DNA from: Botryllus schlosseri
Lineage: Eukaryota
Direction: 5' to 3'
DNA: 64,000 nt
Assembly (NCBI GenBank): GCA_051294905.1
Contig: CM119371.1
Location: forward strand, 41,356,001 to 41,420,000
Shown here piece by piece: positions 1-10,700 of this stretch. The position numbers and the translations under genes were made by a program. Within the stretch, counting starts at the first letter, position 1. Every line of letters starts with the position of its first letter. The notes below the pieces were generated by a model, which saw only the letters and a list, made by a program, of their open reading frames with translations, was not told the DNA's origin and ran no database searches.

Positions 1-111
1 AGTCATTATCGAATAATTGTTATATGTTTCAGTTCGACGATAATAATAATTAGGGATGATGTGAACCTCTGGAAAGGTTCAGGTTCGTGTGAACGCGAAC
101 CTTTTTGCAAG

Positions 112-1196
112 CAGTAGCTAAAACCTCTGTAAAAACGCGATGTAAGATTTTCCCGAGTTGTGCAATATTTCACGTTGGTATGGTTGCGTCACAGAAGATT
201 CACAACACTGGACAAATAGATTAACTGGTGAGATTGGCCAACTACGCTATATGTATACTTGGACCAATAATTAATAATGCGGTGGATTTGAGTAAACTAA
301 GCAATTGAGGAGCCAGGTGGTACGCAGCATAGTATAAAAAATGAAAGTGGTAAGCGATCTGGAAAGTTTGAGAAACACTAGAATAGATGAAGCAATATGG
401 TCTAGTTCAGTGGTTCCCAACCTTTTTCGACCCATCGCCCCCTTTTCAAGGTCAACACCGATCATCGCCCCCCAAATTTTGTGTACCGAAAATTGGGCAT
501 ACAAACTGTAATCACCGGCGGGTTGACTAAAAAAAAAAAAGATCAAATTTTCGGCTAAATGTCTAATTTGACACACTTTTTGTAACTAAATTTCCGTGGG
601 TTGACTAAAAAAAAAAGGTCAGCCGTTTTGACGCGTCATCAGCCCCCTATCGCCCCCTTTGTCCATTTTCGTCCCCCTGTCGCCCCCTTCGTCATTTTCG
701 CCCCCCTAGACCGCCAAATCGCCCCCTGGGGGGCGATATCGCCCACGTTGGGAACCACTGGTCTAGCTGGTGCTGCAAGAGCTTGCTGCGAAATAAAATC
801 GGTTATAACAAGGAGTCTTCGAGTGAAAATGTGTGCGCTTGTGCGTCTGTCACAGCTACTTCTACAAGTGATGCTGCGGCCCAAATACACAGATTTGACG
901 GCACGATGCATAGGCTATCGTGTATCGATACCGGTACTCAACACAAGCCGGTTGCAGATCATGTTGTTGTTGTCTTCAAAATGAAGAAGAATAACTAGGG
1001 AGACGTGCATGCAGTATGCATAATTACATAACTACATTAATTCTAGAGAAGGTGCAATTGTGTGAGTCCTTCACCGTTTCAAGTGGATGAAATCGTAACT
1101 TCACGGCTCATAGGGCACGCCGAGCCTTCTGAAGCTATACCAGCGTAATACTACCACAACACATTAGGCGCTGTGCCAAGCAACATACGTCAGACC
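112..1196. repeat. Dispersed or duplicated segment, second copy at about 28682-28983 plus 33458-33889
   Basis: Clear colinear similarity (e.g. GGTTGCGTCACAGAAGATTCACAACA, CTGGTGCTGCAAGAGCTTGCTGCGAAATAAAATCGG). One copy lies upstream of each full GPCR gene. Confidence 0.85.
408..760. mobile_element. hAT/Charlie-type MITE
   Basis: TIR CAGTGGTTCCCAAC / GTTGGGAACCACTG, TSD GTCTAGTT/GTCTAGCT, internal TCGCCCCC repeats. Partial inverted relative at about 20100-20376. Confidence 0.85.
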
Positions 1197-1471
1197 AGTG
1201 CTTTTCAACCTGTGTGACGGTTCGCACTGGTGCGTTCATTAAATTTGATCACGCATTTCTAGAGTTGTTATCCCAATCTTACCTCCAACCTTAGCCAAAT
1301 ATATCGGGGCCGGAAACTTTTCTCCCCCTAATGTTCATCAAATGTAATCAAAGAGATTTTGAGCAAGTGAAAATGTAAATGCGATCCTGAATTTTGTAAT
1401 TCGTAGTTATCAGGAGCGACCATTAAAAACCAAAAGTTTTTTATGTGTTTGTATTTTTCAGTAGGCATGAT

Positions 1472-1984
1472 TGGGGCTGGGCAAAATCGAGTATCTGAGT
1501 GATTCGATTCGGAATCACGTATTACGCTTCGAGTCGAGTCGAGTATTCGAGTATCACTCATTATGACGTCACTACAGAATGTACTATGTCATAGGTAAAA
1601 TATGTACATTTTATGCCAACGCAAAGAACATAATGCCTGTTATCCGTCACATTAAAGATACTTTTGTATTTTCTCGATCATACTGATTTCATTGCACTTC
1701 TTGACAATGTTGTGGGATGATCATGACTTCGAATATGTGGTATTTCCCGTAACGTTCGTAGTTTTGTACCATATCTCCTATGCTGCGACACGGCCAATCA
1801 AGGTTTCAAGGCTTCCTCAGTGGAAAATAGTATCAAAACTATAATTCTCGTTTGTAAAAAACTTTCAGTGCGAAAAGCGTATAATTTCAGTACTCGAAAA
1901 AATCGTCTTTTACTACTCGACTCGAATCATTAAAATCAATACTCGATTCTGATTCGAGTACTCGAATCATTGTGCCCAGCCCTA
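1472..1984. mobile_element. hAT-type MITE (TAGGGCTGGGCA family)
   Basis: TIR (T)GGGGCTGGGCA / TGCCCAGCCCTA, degenerate TSD GGCATGAT/CTCATGAT, CTCGA/GATTC subterminal repeats. Related copies at about 27790-28180 and 37047-38100. Confidence 0.75.
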
Positions 1985-2136
1985 CTCATGATCAGGCATA
2001 GTTCGAATACGTTCCAAGTTTGTTTTTATTAATTAAAGAATATTCTTAGTATCATGAATGAAACATGAATAGCTTGAGATTGCTGCTAATGACGTCGCTA
2101 TACCGTTGAGAACACCTCTCTACCGAATCAATAACT

Positions 2137-3196
2137 CAGGGGTTGGCAACCTGAGGCCGTAGAAGGGAGTACTATATGTGCGGCCGTCGACACGTTATTC
2201 AATTAATATGTGTTGGCGACCGTCGATATGCAAATTGAAACTACAAATTCACTCCCGAATTTTTGAGAGATATCAATTGTTCTTGAAATTCGCTTCGCGC
2301 GATTAAATTCTTCTTCGTTTTTCTATTTTAATATCGTAGCGCCCTTTGCAATTCGAGCCGGCATGGAAATCATGTACTCGTTGCGAGAGAATTTTGTTTT
2401 TGGTACATTTGAGCGATTCCAATATGTTTCCACTATACCAGTGGTTATCAAACTGAGGGGAGCGCCCCCTTGGGTTAGCGGAAGCATCTAAAGGAGACAC
2501 GAAGTCGCAGTCAACAGAAATGTTTTGGCGCGCTTCGCGCGATTTACCTCCGATTCAAAGGTCTTGCTCTGTATATAGTCCTATTTTTTTATTTAAGAAT
2601 TCTCTCGTCGACAATTGTAACCTTCCATGCCATCATGCTATCCATTGGGATTGCTAGTATTCCGGTTGCATTTTGTGATATGACGAGGAGGGTGGCGAGA
2701 AATTTTTGACTAGTATAAAGGGGGGCATGTCTAAAAAATTTTGAGAGCCACTGCACTACCGACAATTCTGATGTAGGGTCAAGAAACAACAGCATGCTGC
2801 AAAGTGAATAATAACAATTGGCCCACCCGAAGATGCATTTATCATTTATAACTTGGCCTAAATTGTCGAAAGCACCCCCTCTATCATCTCTACCGGTGAC
2901 GGAATCCACCCAATGACGGAATCCATTAGTGAACCTGAAAACTGCTTGCGCTCCGCGCGACCATACCCGATCCCAGCAACTAGTCAGAACATCACCATTC
3001 GCGATTTCGGTACGTATAATAGGCTTATATGAAAAGCAGAAGAGTCCGGAGTTCACTGGAAATGGACACGGACATTAGACAGTTTAACGTATTTTGCGTC
3101 CAGTTTGTTTATTACGGCTAAGAACTGGAATGCGGCCGCAGGCTACATAAGTAATCGAAATGCGGCCGTGATTAGTAAAAAGGTTGCCCACCTCTG
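2137..3196. mobile_element. hAT-type MITE with nested MITE at 2439-2753
   Basis: Outer TIR CAGGGGTTGGCAACC / GGTTGCCCACCTCTG; inner TIR CAGTGGTTATCAAA / TTTGAGAGCCACTG. The 3' part is similar to 57620-57775. Confidence 0.7.
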
Positions 3197-3420
3197 AATT
3201 ACACGTTTAACAGTAATTGTAATTATATTGTAATTAATAACATGATTAACAGTAATTATAATTGTAATTTGATATTTTTAGCTTTGGGTAATTGTAATTG
3301 TAATGTAATTGAATCATGCAAGGAAGTATTTGTAATTGTAATTGAACTGAATTAATGTAATTGATCCAACTCTTGGCTATATATTGTCGGGTAAAGCGAT
3401 AATGATTGTGGTCATGACAG

Positions 3421-4265
3421 TCAGTCAGTCAGTCAGATTTATTAATATTTTCATCGTTTCAAAACATCACAAGACTGCGATACAATGAAAAGATAGGAAG
3501 GTGTCGAAACAACTTGGAGTAGCCTTTAAGATCAGACACCCACCTTAGCCCAGGCGAAGGAAATAAGAGGCATTCTCACTGAATGACAAGTAATGCAGAG
3601 AATATAAGACGCAAGCGACAAAATGAGGTGGGTTCACAGCTAGCTGCAGCTAGTCCTGCTCGTACGTCTGGTAGACGTTATCCCGTTAGAATTAGGAGGC
3701 AAACTGAGTTCTATCGGCCAACGTGAATCACCTTGTACCCTTCAACTTACAGGGGAGGACTGTTATGTTCGTGCATTTTACGTTGGTATCGTTTATCTCT
3801 TATTTGTCTAGGATTAGTAATTACCGCCAATCATTATTTCCTCGTGTGTCGTGCTTCGTATTTATACCCTGTGTTCTGTTGTCTCGTCGTCTTTCGTTTA
3901 ACTGCACTCTGGATCGTGTCGCCTATCGTAAGTTATTCTGCTGTATAATATACTGATTTAATATTGCAACCTCGTCATATGAGTTATTGTTCAAAGAAGA
4001 TCAAGAACATAACACATGTGACGGAGGGCGAGGTCAATGTTAGGTTGTGGTCCGGTAATCATGAAGACTGGCTAGTATTGATTTTGAAGAAATTGCTTGT
4101 ATTTCGACTTGAATGCGGACATGGTCGTCGACTGTCGGATAGCCGGCGAGATGCTGTTCCACAATTGGGGTCCGACATACTTGATAGAGCAACGCGTTTT
4201 CTTGTATTCAGTCCTGATCATATGGTAGGCCTAGTTGTTCTTCGTTGACGCGCGTGTGCTGTACT
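3421..4265 (-). mobile_element. 5'-truncated L2/CR1-group LINE 3' end
   Basis: Minus strand encodes SIKYVGPQLWNSISPAIRQSTTMSAFKSKYKQFL* (ORF2 C-terminal signature) and ends in AATAAA plus a (CTGA)n tail at 3421-3443. The 3' UTR is repeated at about 40920-41170. Confidence 0.75.
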
Positions 4266-4704
4266 TGTGCGCTTTCGTCTCCGAGATGAAGTAGCAACTA
4301 CAGCATTATTTGTCATATGTACAAACTTCGCATCGAGCCCTTTTTGATTATTGTTCGTTTGCTGTAGACTAGAATTATTTTGTGCATAATTTAAAAAAAA
4401 ATTCGTATAAATCTCTCGCGGCACCCTTGCGAGATACGTATGCGAAGGTTATGAACTTTTGTCCTCAAAATCAGATGGAATTGTTTGATTACTTCGATTT
4501 CCTATAATATTAGTCTGCAAATCTTGTTTGGAAATGAGAAAACCTTCCTATGGCTAGATATCATATGCAGTATAGAGAGATACCGTATGTATCAGCCTTA
4601 AATGAACGAACCTGCTGTCGATGGAAGTACTCTGTGTCCTGAAATAATTTATCAGCAGCTACGAGTTTATTGGAAGTCAGGTCACGGCTGCAGATAGGCT
4701 AGAG

Positions 4705-7700
4705 ATGGGGATGTATATGTACAAGCATTACATCGTGGTGATTCTTACATTGCTTTTTCTGGGCACGTTCGGTAAGTGGATTCGAGTGAAAATGGTAGAA
4801 TCTGTAGTGGATGAAGACAAATTTCCTGTACAGTATTGTATTATTGATAAATTCATCAGGGCAATTCACGAACATTTTTTAACTGCCCCTACATCCTTAA
4901 ACTACATGATCAAATATATATGTATAACTTCGCATCGAAGATTTATCATAAACGATGAACATGGTTGAAAAATGAAGGACATTATCAGCATCATATTGTT
5001 TAATCGTAGGTTTGCATATTTACTAAATATAACCAACCAGACAATCGATTGCAACTGCCCAAGTGTGCACAAGTACATCTTACCGTGGAAAATCAATATC
5101 AGAACGGGGGAAGCACCGGCCACAGCGAGCTCCTATCTGTTCCGTGGCCGGCCATACAGAATGTCATGTGAATTTCATAGCTTTTGGGGAACTTATACAG
5201 ATTTTCTGACATGTATTTTAATAACAGTGACAGTGATATTTCAGTGATTTCTGATATATTTCAGTGACGGCTCCTGACACCTGTTTGCTCGAGAAGATAA
5301 AGCTATACATACTTCACACAGGCCATCAAGTTGGCATTTCGGTGACAGCAAACCAGGGGATTGGGTTCGGTCGAAACAAAACGGCGAGGACGACAGTAAA
5401 TATATATAGTGTCGAACGAAGGACACTTAGAATTTCCTCAAGTCAACGACATGTATTGGAGATGTGGTACCGATGGATCAAAAATTGAAAAATGATCTCT
5501 GGTCCTCAAATGTTCAGCCAAGAATAGCAGATCTTTTGCTGTCTCAACACTTCGATACAAGCTCTACCTATCGCGGACATTTACATGAATATCCGCCTTT
5601 TCAAAAAATATTTATGAACGTTTAAATTTTGTAGCTCGAACGTGTCATCGGTCCCCACCCGGTGGGTCCAAAGGCACACGACCATGGGACCTATGAGACA
5701 TACGCTCAAAAACTCAAATTTGTAACTTGTTTTGTTGTGTACTATAATCTAAGCTACAGCAAGCCAATGAAGAATGTTTCGTCGCGACCTTCAAGAATAA
5801 AATAGATTATATTATTCAAAGTTGGCATAAAATCACGTTTTGATTTACGCCCAAACTTAAAAAATTAATGCTCTATACATGTTATCCGCAAATCGACGTT
5901 TTGACTTTCAAATACCTCGTACAATTGAATAGTATATTCATATTGAAATGAACCCGAATATTTTCGGCTGACACTCGTCAGGGGTAATCGTCAGCAACTA
6001 GTAGAGAAATGGAAAGAACATTGTATATCAACAATCGTATCACAAAATTCACGAAATTTCATGCTGGTGACGTCAGATTTTGTGATACGATTGTTGATAT
6101 ACAATGTTCTTTCCATTTCTCTACTAGTTGCTGAAGATTGCCCCTGACGAGTGTCAGCCGAAAATATTCGGGTTCATTTCAATATGAATATACCATTCAA
6201 TTGTATATTGAAGTTCTGTACCTCCAAGAAGCTCTTCAAATACCTCGTAATAGCGATAAAACACCACAGGTAACTATGATTTACAGCCTCTATATATGTA
6301 GGCGAGTTTTTGTTGCTAAGTGATTAGTTGGTCCATCTATTTTGCTTGATTTGGCTATGGTACCATATAGGTCCCCCACCCCATAAATTTTGTAGTTGAA
6401 TTGAAAATAGTCCACTCGAGGATGGTATTGATTCAAAAAATATGTGCCATTATATACCCTGATACAAGCCCTATACTTCACATCAAAAATTATGGTGGGT
6501 TTGTTAGTCTGAGAGGTGATATAGAAAAATGCAAATGTCGATCCAAATTTACTTTACACCCCCTAAAACTTAAATCATTCGTCACAGACCACATAACTCA
6601 CGCAGGTCGAATTTTTTTGCATGCGAGGAAAGATTCTACCAGCATGTAATTGTAGACAAATTCACGGAGTGTAATCATGGAATTATCATGGAGAATTTTT
6701 CAAGTATTTTCGGTCCCAGTGATCCATCGGTACCACATCTCCCCTACTCCCAGTGATTCCTACGCATTGGTCTTAAACACAGCTTGATTTGAAAGTCAGC
6801 CATTATCATAACTGACATTGAGCACATAGACCAGGGGTGGGCAACTTCTCCAGTCGGCGGGCCGGATATGGAAAAATGAAATACGCGGCGGGCCGGATGT
6901 GGAAAATGCGATACTTGGCGGGCCGGTTTCCTGAATCCATACATTATAAGCGTATTTATCCACCTATAAAAGAATTATTCGTATATTTAATGTAAACTTT
7001 AAGGTTGAAGCATAGAGACCAAAACATTATCGAATGAATTTGTTAACGTAATGTACTGCAATAGGTCTTCATGTCATTGAGACATCTGTGGTAGATCGAA
7101 GTTGTGTACACTTTCTTTGAACTTTGCCTGCATGACGGACACAAAGAAAACAAAGAACTAAAGAATAACTGAAAATCACTATTATATGTGTCCGAAAAAA
7201 GAAAGAATAACCTACAGTCACTATAATTTGACTATACTAAGCAAATAGTAACCGCGGGCGATATTATCATGTGAGACCGAAAGCTGTCTGCGGCCCACTC
7301 AAAATCACGTTGCGGGCCGTATGTTGCCCATCCCTGATATAGAAAAATGATATCGATCGCTTCCAGCGCGATGTGCATGAGACTAGGGTTAGATTATTCG
7401 GATATTTATAACATCTGATATCCGGATATAATTCTGTTATGTAATTCTAACGGTAACGGGATAAAAGAGTATCGTTGCTAATGCGTTTTACACTTTTCAG
7501 TAAGCTTCAATAAGTTGAATTCGGTGTTGCGCGCGGCCGATTAGCGAGTGCCAATTAGCGAGATGTGTCCGTCCACATTGCACAATGTAACGCGACGCGA
7601 TCTCCTGATGAGAAGATCCTTAACCCTTTTAATGGGGGGTCAGATTTTGCAGAACTGACTATCGCTTTTCAAATTCATACCGTGACCTCACCAAGAGTTT

Positions 7701-10700
7701 CATCTGAGCTGTTCCGGCTTCTACCGTTTCCGCCCTCGATCGACACTCCATGACATGTCTAGAGTTTTTTATAAGACTAAATAAACAAACTTTTTCTCTG
7801 AAAAATCTCTTTCTCTCTCTCATTTCTCCAGACAAACCCCCAGGATAGCGTCAGAGAGTCAAAAATGATGCTTCAGTGAGTAGCCACCGTTGCCTGGTTT
7901 CAAACAGGCCGTCAACCATGACCGTAACCCGCCCGGCTCGCCAGATATTGTAAAATGAAAAATACATGAAAAATTTACATATGGGCGTGGTCAGTGAGTG
8001 GTCATAATGGTCAAGTTCAAGATCAATGCCGAATCGGACCCCTACCGCCCAGTTAATGGCAAGAAACAACGTGGTATACTTTCTCTTGTCATATCCAACC
8101 ATTTGTAGGCATAGTAAACCAGTTTGTGACTCGTATTCCATCACGAACTTGTCTTGAACTTGCTTATGTTCTTGAAAATCACCGAATCGTGATCAAAATT
8201 ACCAAACCCCCTCAGAAAACCCCCCAAAACAAAGTCAAAGTTCGAAACGGTGAAAAATTGCACAGAATTGCACAAAAAATATAACCCAACCATGTTAATA
8301 CCGTACATGCCGACTTCTGATGTTCTGGCAGAATTTCTGACTATATTTCCTACTCGGAAAATATCTGGAAATTTTAGGCATGCGTATTTTCGGCAGAACT
8401 CCTCATTTCAGATCGTCGGTATTCGAAAATTGTCATGACCTATACCTTCAAATTACGTATCATATAAATCAGAAGATAGCTGGCTCTCCATAGAAACCAA
8501 ATGCAGTCCGCTACGACATATAACTTTAGAGAATTTGAGGGATGAACTTGAACTTGGGTCACCAGTAACCCCCCCCCCCCATATTAAAAGGGTTAAATTA
8601 GGTCATTGATTGTCGCGCACTCGGCTAGCGTCTCTGGCCTGATTTTTCGAGTCTTCAACAAGCCCATACTTCCACTGGATTGAGGAATCGCATCACTGCG
8701 CAGTGTGGACACTATTCCATCGCTGACCTGCACAATCACATCTGCGTTGGCTTGGTGCTCACGATATTATCGCTGACCCACAAAACGCATCTGCAATAGG
8801 ACTACGAAAGATATCATCGCTGGCCTAACCATCGCGTCTCGGGCCTAGCATGTGTTGGCTCCTATCTCTCGATGGCTTGGTGATGATATGCCGTTAAGTG
8901 TATTCTAATTAGCGATTGTGAAAGTGACATCGCGAAACTGAATAACATCGAATGTTCGCAAGCATGTGCGCGCGTGCAAGCGTAATTGATTTCCGCTGAT
9001 ACTTAATTCGAAAAAAATCGAAACCCCGTCATTTTATTTCAAACACCTCCCCCTCCCCTTAATTTTTGGCTGGCTGCGTGTCAGCTCACGTGAATTTCTC
9101 ATGGAGGAATTAGAGCGAGGTATCATGTCGGCATCATTTCCAGTATCAGCTACTCGTCCTTCTAGTACTCCAAACCTAAACAGAAGAATGGTCAAAAAGA
9201 ATGTAAAGTCGTTGAAGTTTCCGAGAAACGACATGCCAATCTTTAGACCTGGGGTGTCAAACATACGGCCCGCGGACCGCATCCGGCCGGCAAAACAATT
9301 CTGAGTGGATTGAAATATCCACTTATAATCCAGCATTTCTAACAAATGTTGAGATATTATAGTAAGAAATACTTCCCACGACGCATTAAATGTAATGATC
9401 AGAAATCCCATTATAATCATCCGACAGCGGTGTTACGGTTTGACCCCAGTCACCATCAGGAATACGTTGGTGACACTGACATCCAATTCCCAAAACTCAA
9501 AAAAGTGCACACTGAGTTTAGATTTTTATTGGAAAAATGAGCCCCAAAGTAGTTATTCCCGAAGCGAAAAAGCCAAAACGAAACTGTTATATACAGGTCG
9601 CATGGATAATGTACCAGTTATAAAAAAGTATAATTCAAATATATTTTATCGCACTGCTATATCACTTCTGACTCAAAATGTCCCAGACAGACAGAGAAAC
9701 CCGAATCACCATTAATGATAATGAGCCATATTCCAACGTCCGCGTTTACAGTTAAATCTCTCGTATTCCTTACAACGCATACGCAGAGTTGACGCCAGAT
9801 TGCGACTAATACAAAGTGGGCATGAGCATAGACATTTGCCAACTTATTCCGTCATTAGAGGCAGTGTTTTAGCGGTTGAATTCAAACGACCAATCATCGA
9901 ATTTTTGCCAGAATTCTGTCGTTTGCGAGAAAAATGTGTGGCTTGAATATAAACCTTATTATGATCCGTAATGTAATTTAATATACTATTCTGCCTACAG
10001 GATTGATAATAAGGTATTCAAGCGAAAAGCAAGGGTGTGCATTGCGGTGTTGGGATGACTCGAGTCACCTTTTTCGTATGACTTGACTTGACTCCAGTCA
10101 CTTTGCTAAAATGACTTGAATTGACTTGACTCGGCGTATCAGAAATGTGGATTGACTCGTAACTCGGAGCAAAATTCACGAGTCAATTTCGAGTCATCAA
10201 GCAATCGATGTCGATAAACATCATTGTATCTTGCATATGTTCGGATTGTACGCGAAACGCTGGTGTAACCACTGAGCTATATAAACGACCGATCATTAAA
10301 TGATCGTGTGTCTTACTAAGCCTCCATTGTTCTCTCACAAATAAATTGACCGCAAACGAAGTGATCGAAGCTTACAGCTTACGCTGTCGTAAACTAGTAT
10401 AGTAAAGTAATTTAATAGCAAAATGTCTATATCTGTTCTTTGTTCTTAACTTAACCAAACCTCTTGTCTTATTGAAATTGAATTCTAATATAGTTTATAT
10501 CGTCCTCAACCATTGGCGCAGGCTAGAATTGTATCATATCAATTTGTATATTGTATATATTAAAATTCGTTTCTGTATTCTCTATTTTGACTGGTAACTA
10601 TAATCCGAGGCTATGCAATTCCTTACGTAGTTTAGCAATTCTACGTATATGTGAGCGACAAAGCGCATTTTTGCGTTTATATTTAACTCTATATTCGTTC

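Larger units (their letters stand above)
5920..6205. repeat. Near-perfect 286-bp palindrome (about 128-bp arms, short spacer), probably an inverted pair of Penelope-like terminal repeats
   Basis: TACAATTGAATAGTATATTCATATTG...CACAAAAT is mirrored by ATTTTGTG...CAATATGAATATACCATTCAATTGTA with few mismatches. The Penelope origin is inference from the embedded motif. Confidence 0.9.
5456..6744. mobile_element. Non-autonomous TIR element with TA target duplication (Tc1/mariner-type target)
   Basis: TIR GGAGATGTGGTACCGATGGATCA / TGATCCATCGGTACCACATCTCC, TA on both sides. Paralog B intron (about 42046-42071, GCGACATGTACTCGCCGTGATTCCTA) shows the empty site. Confidence 0.85.

Noticed and set aside
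5431..5495. YWRCGTDG peptide as a continuation of exon 2
   Set aside because: The codons come from the terminal inverted repeat of the 5456-6744 element.
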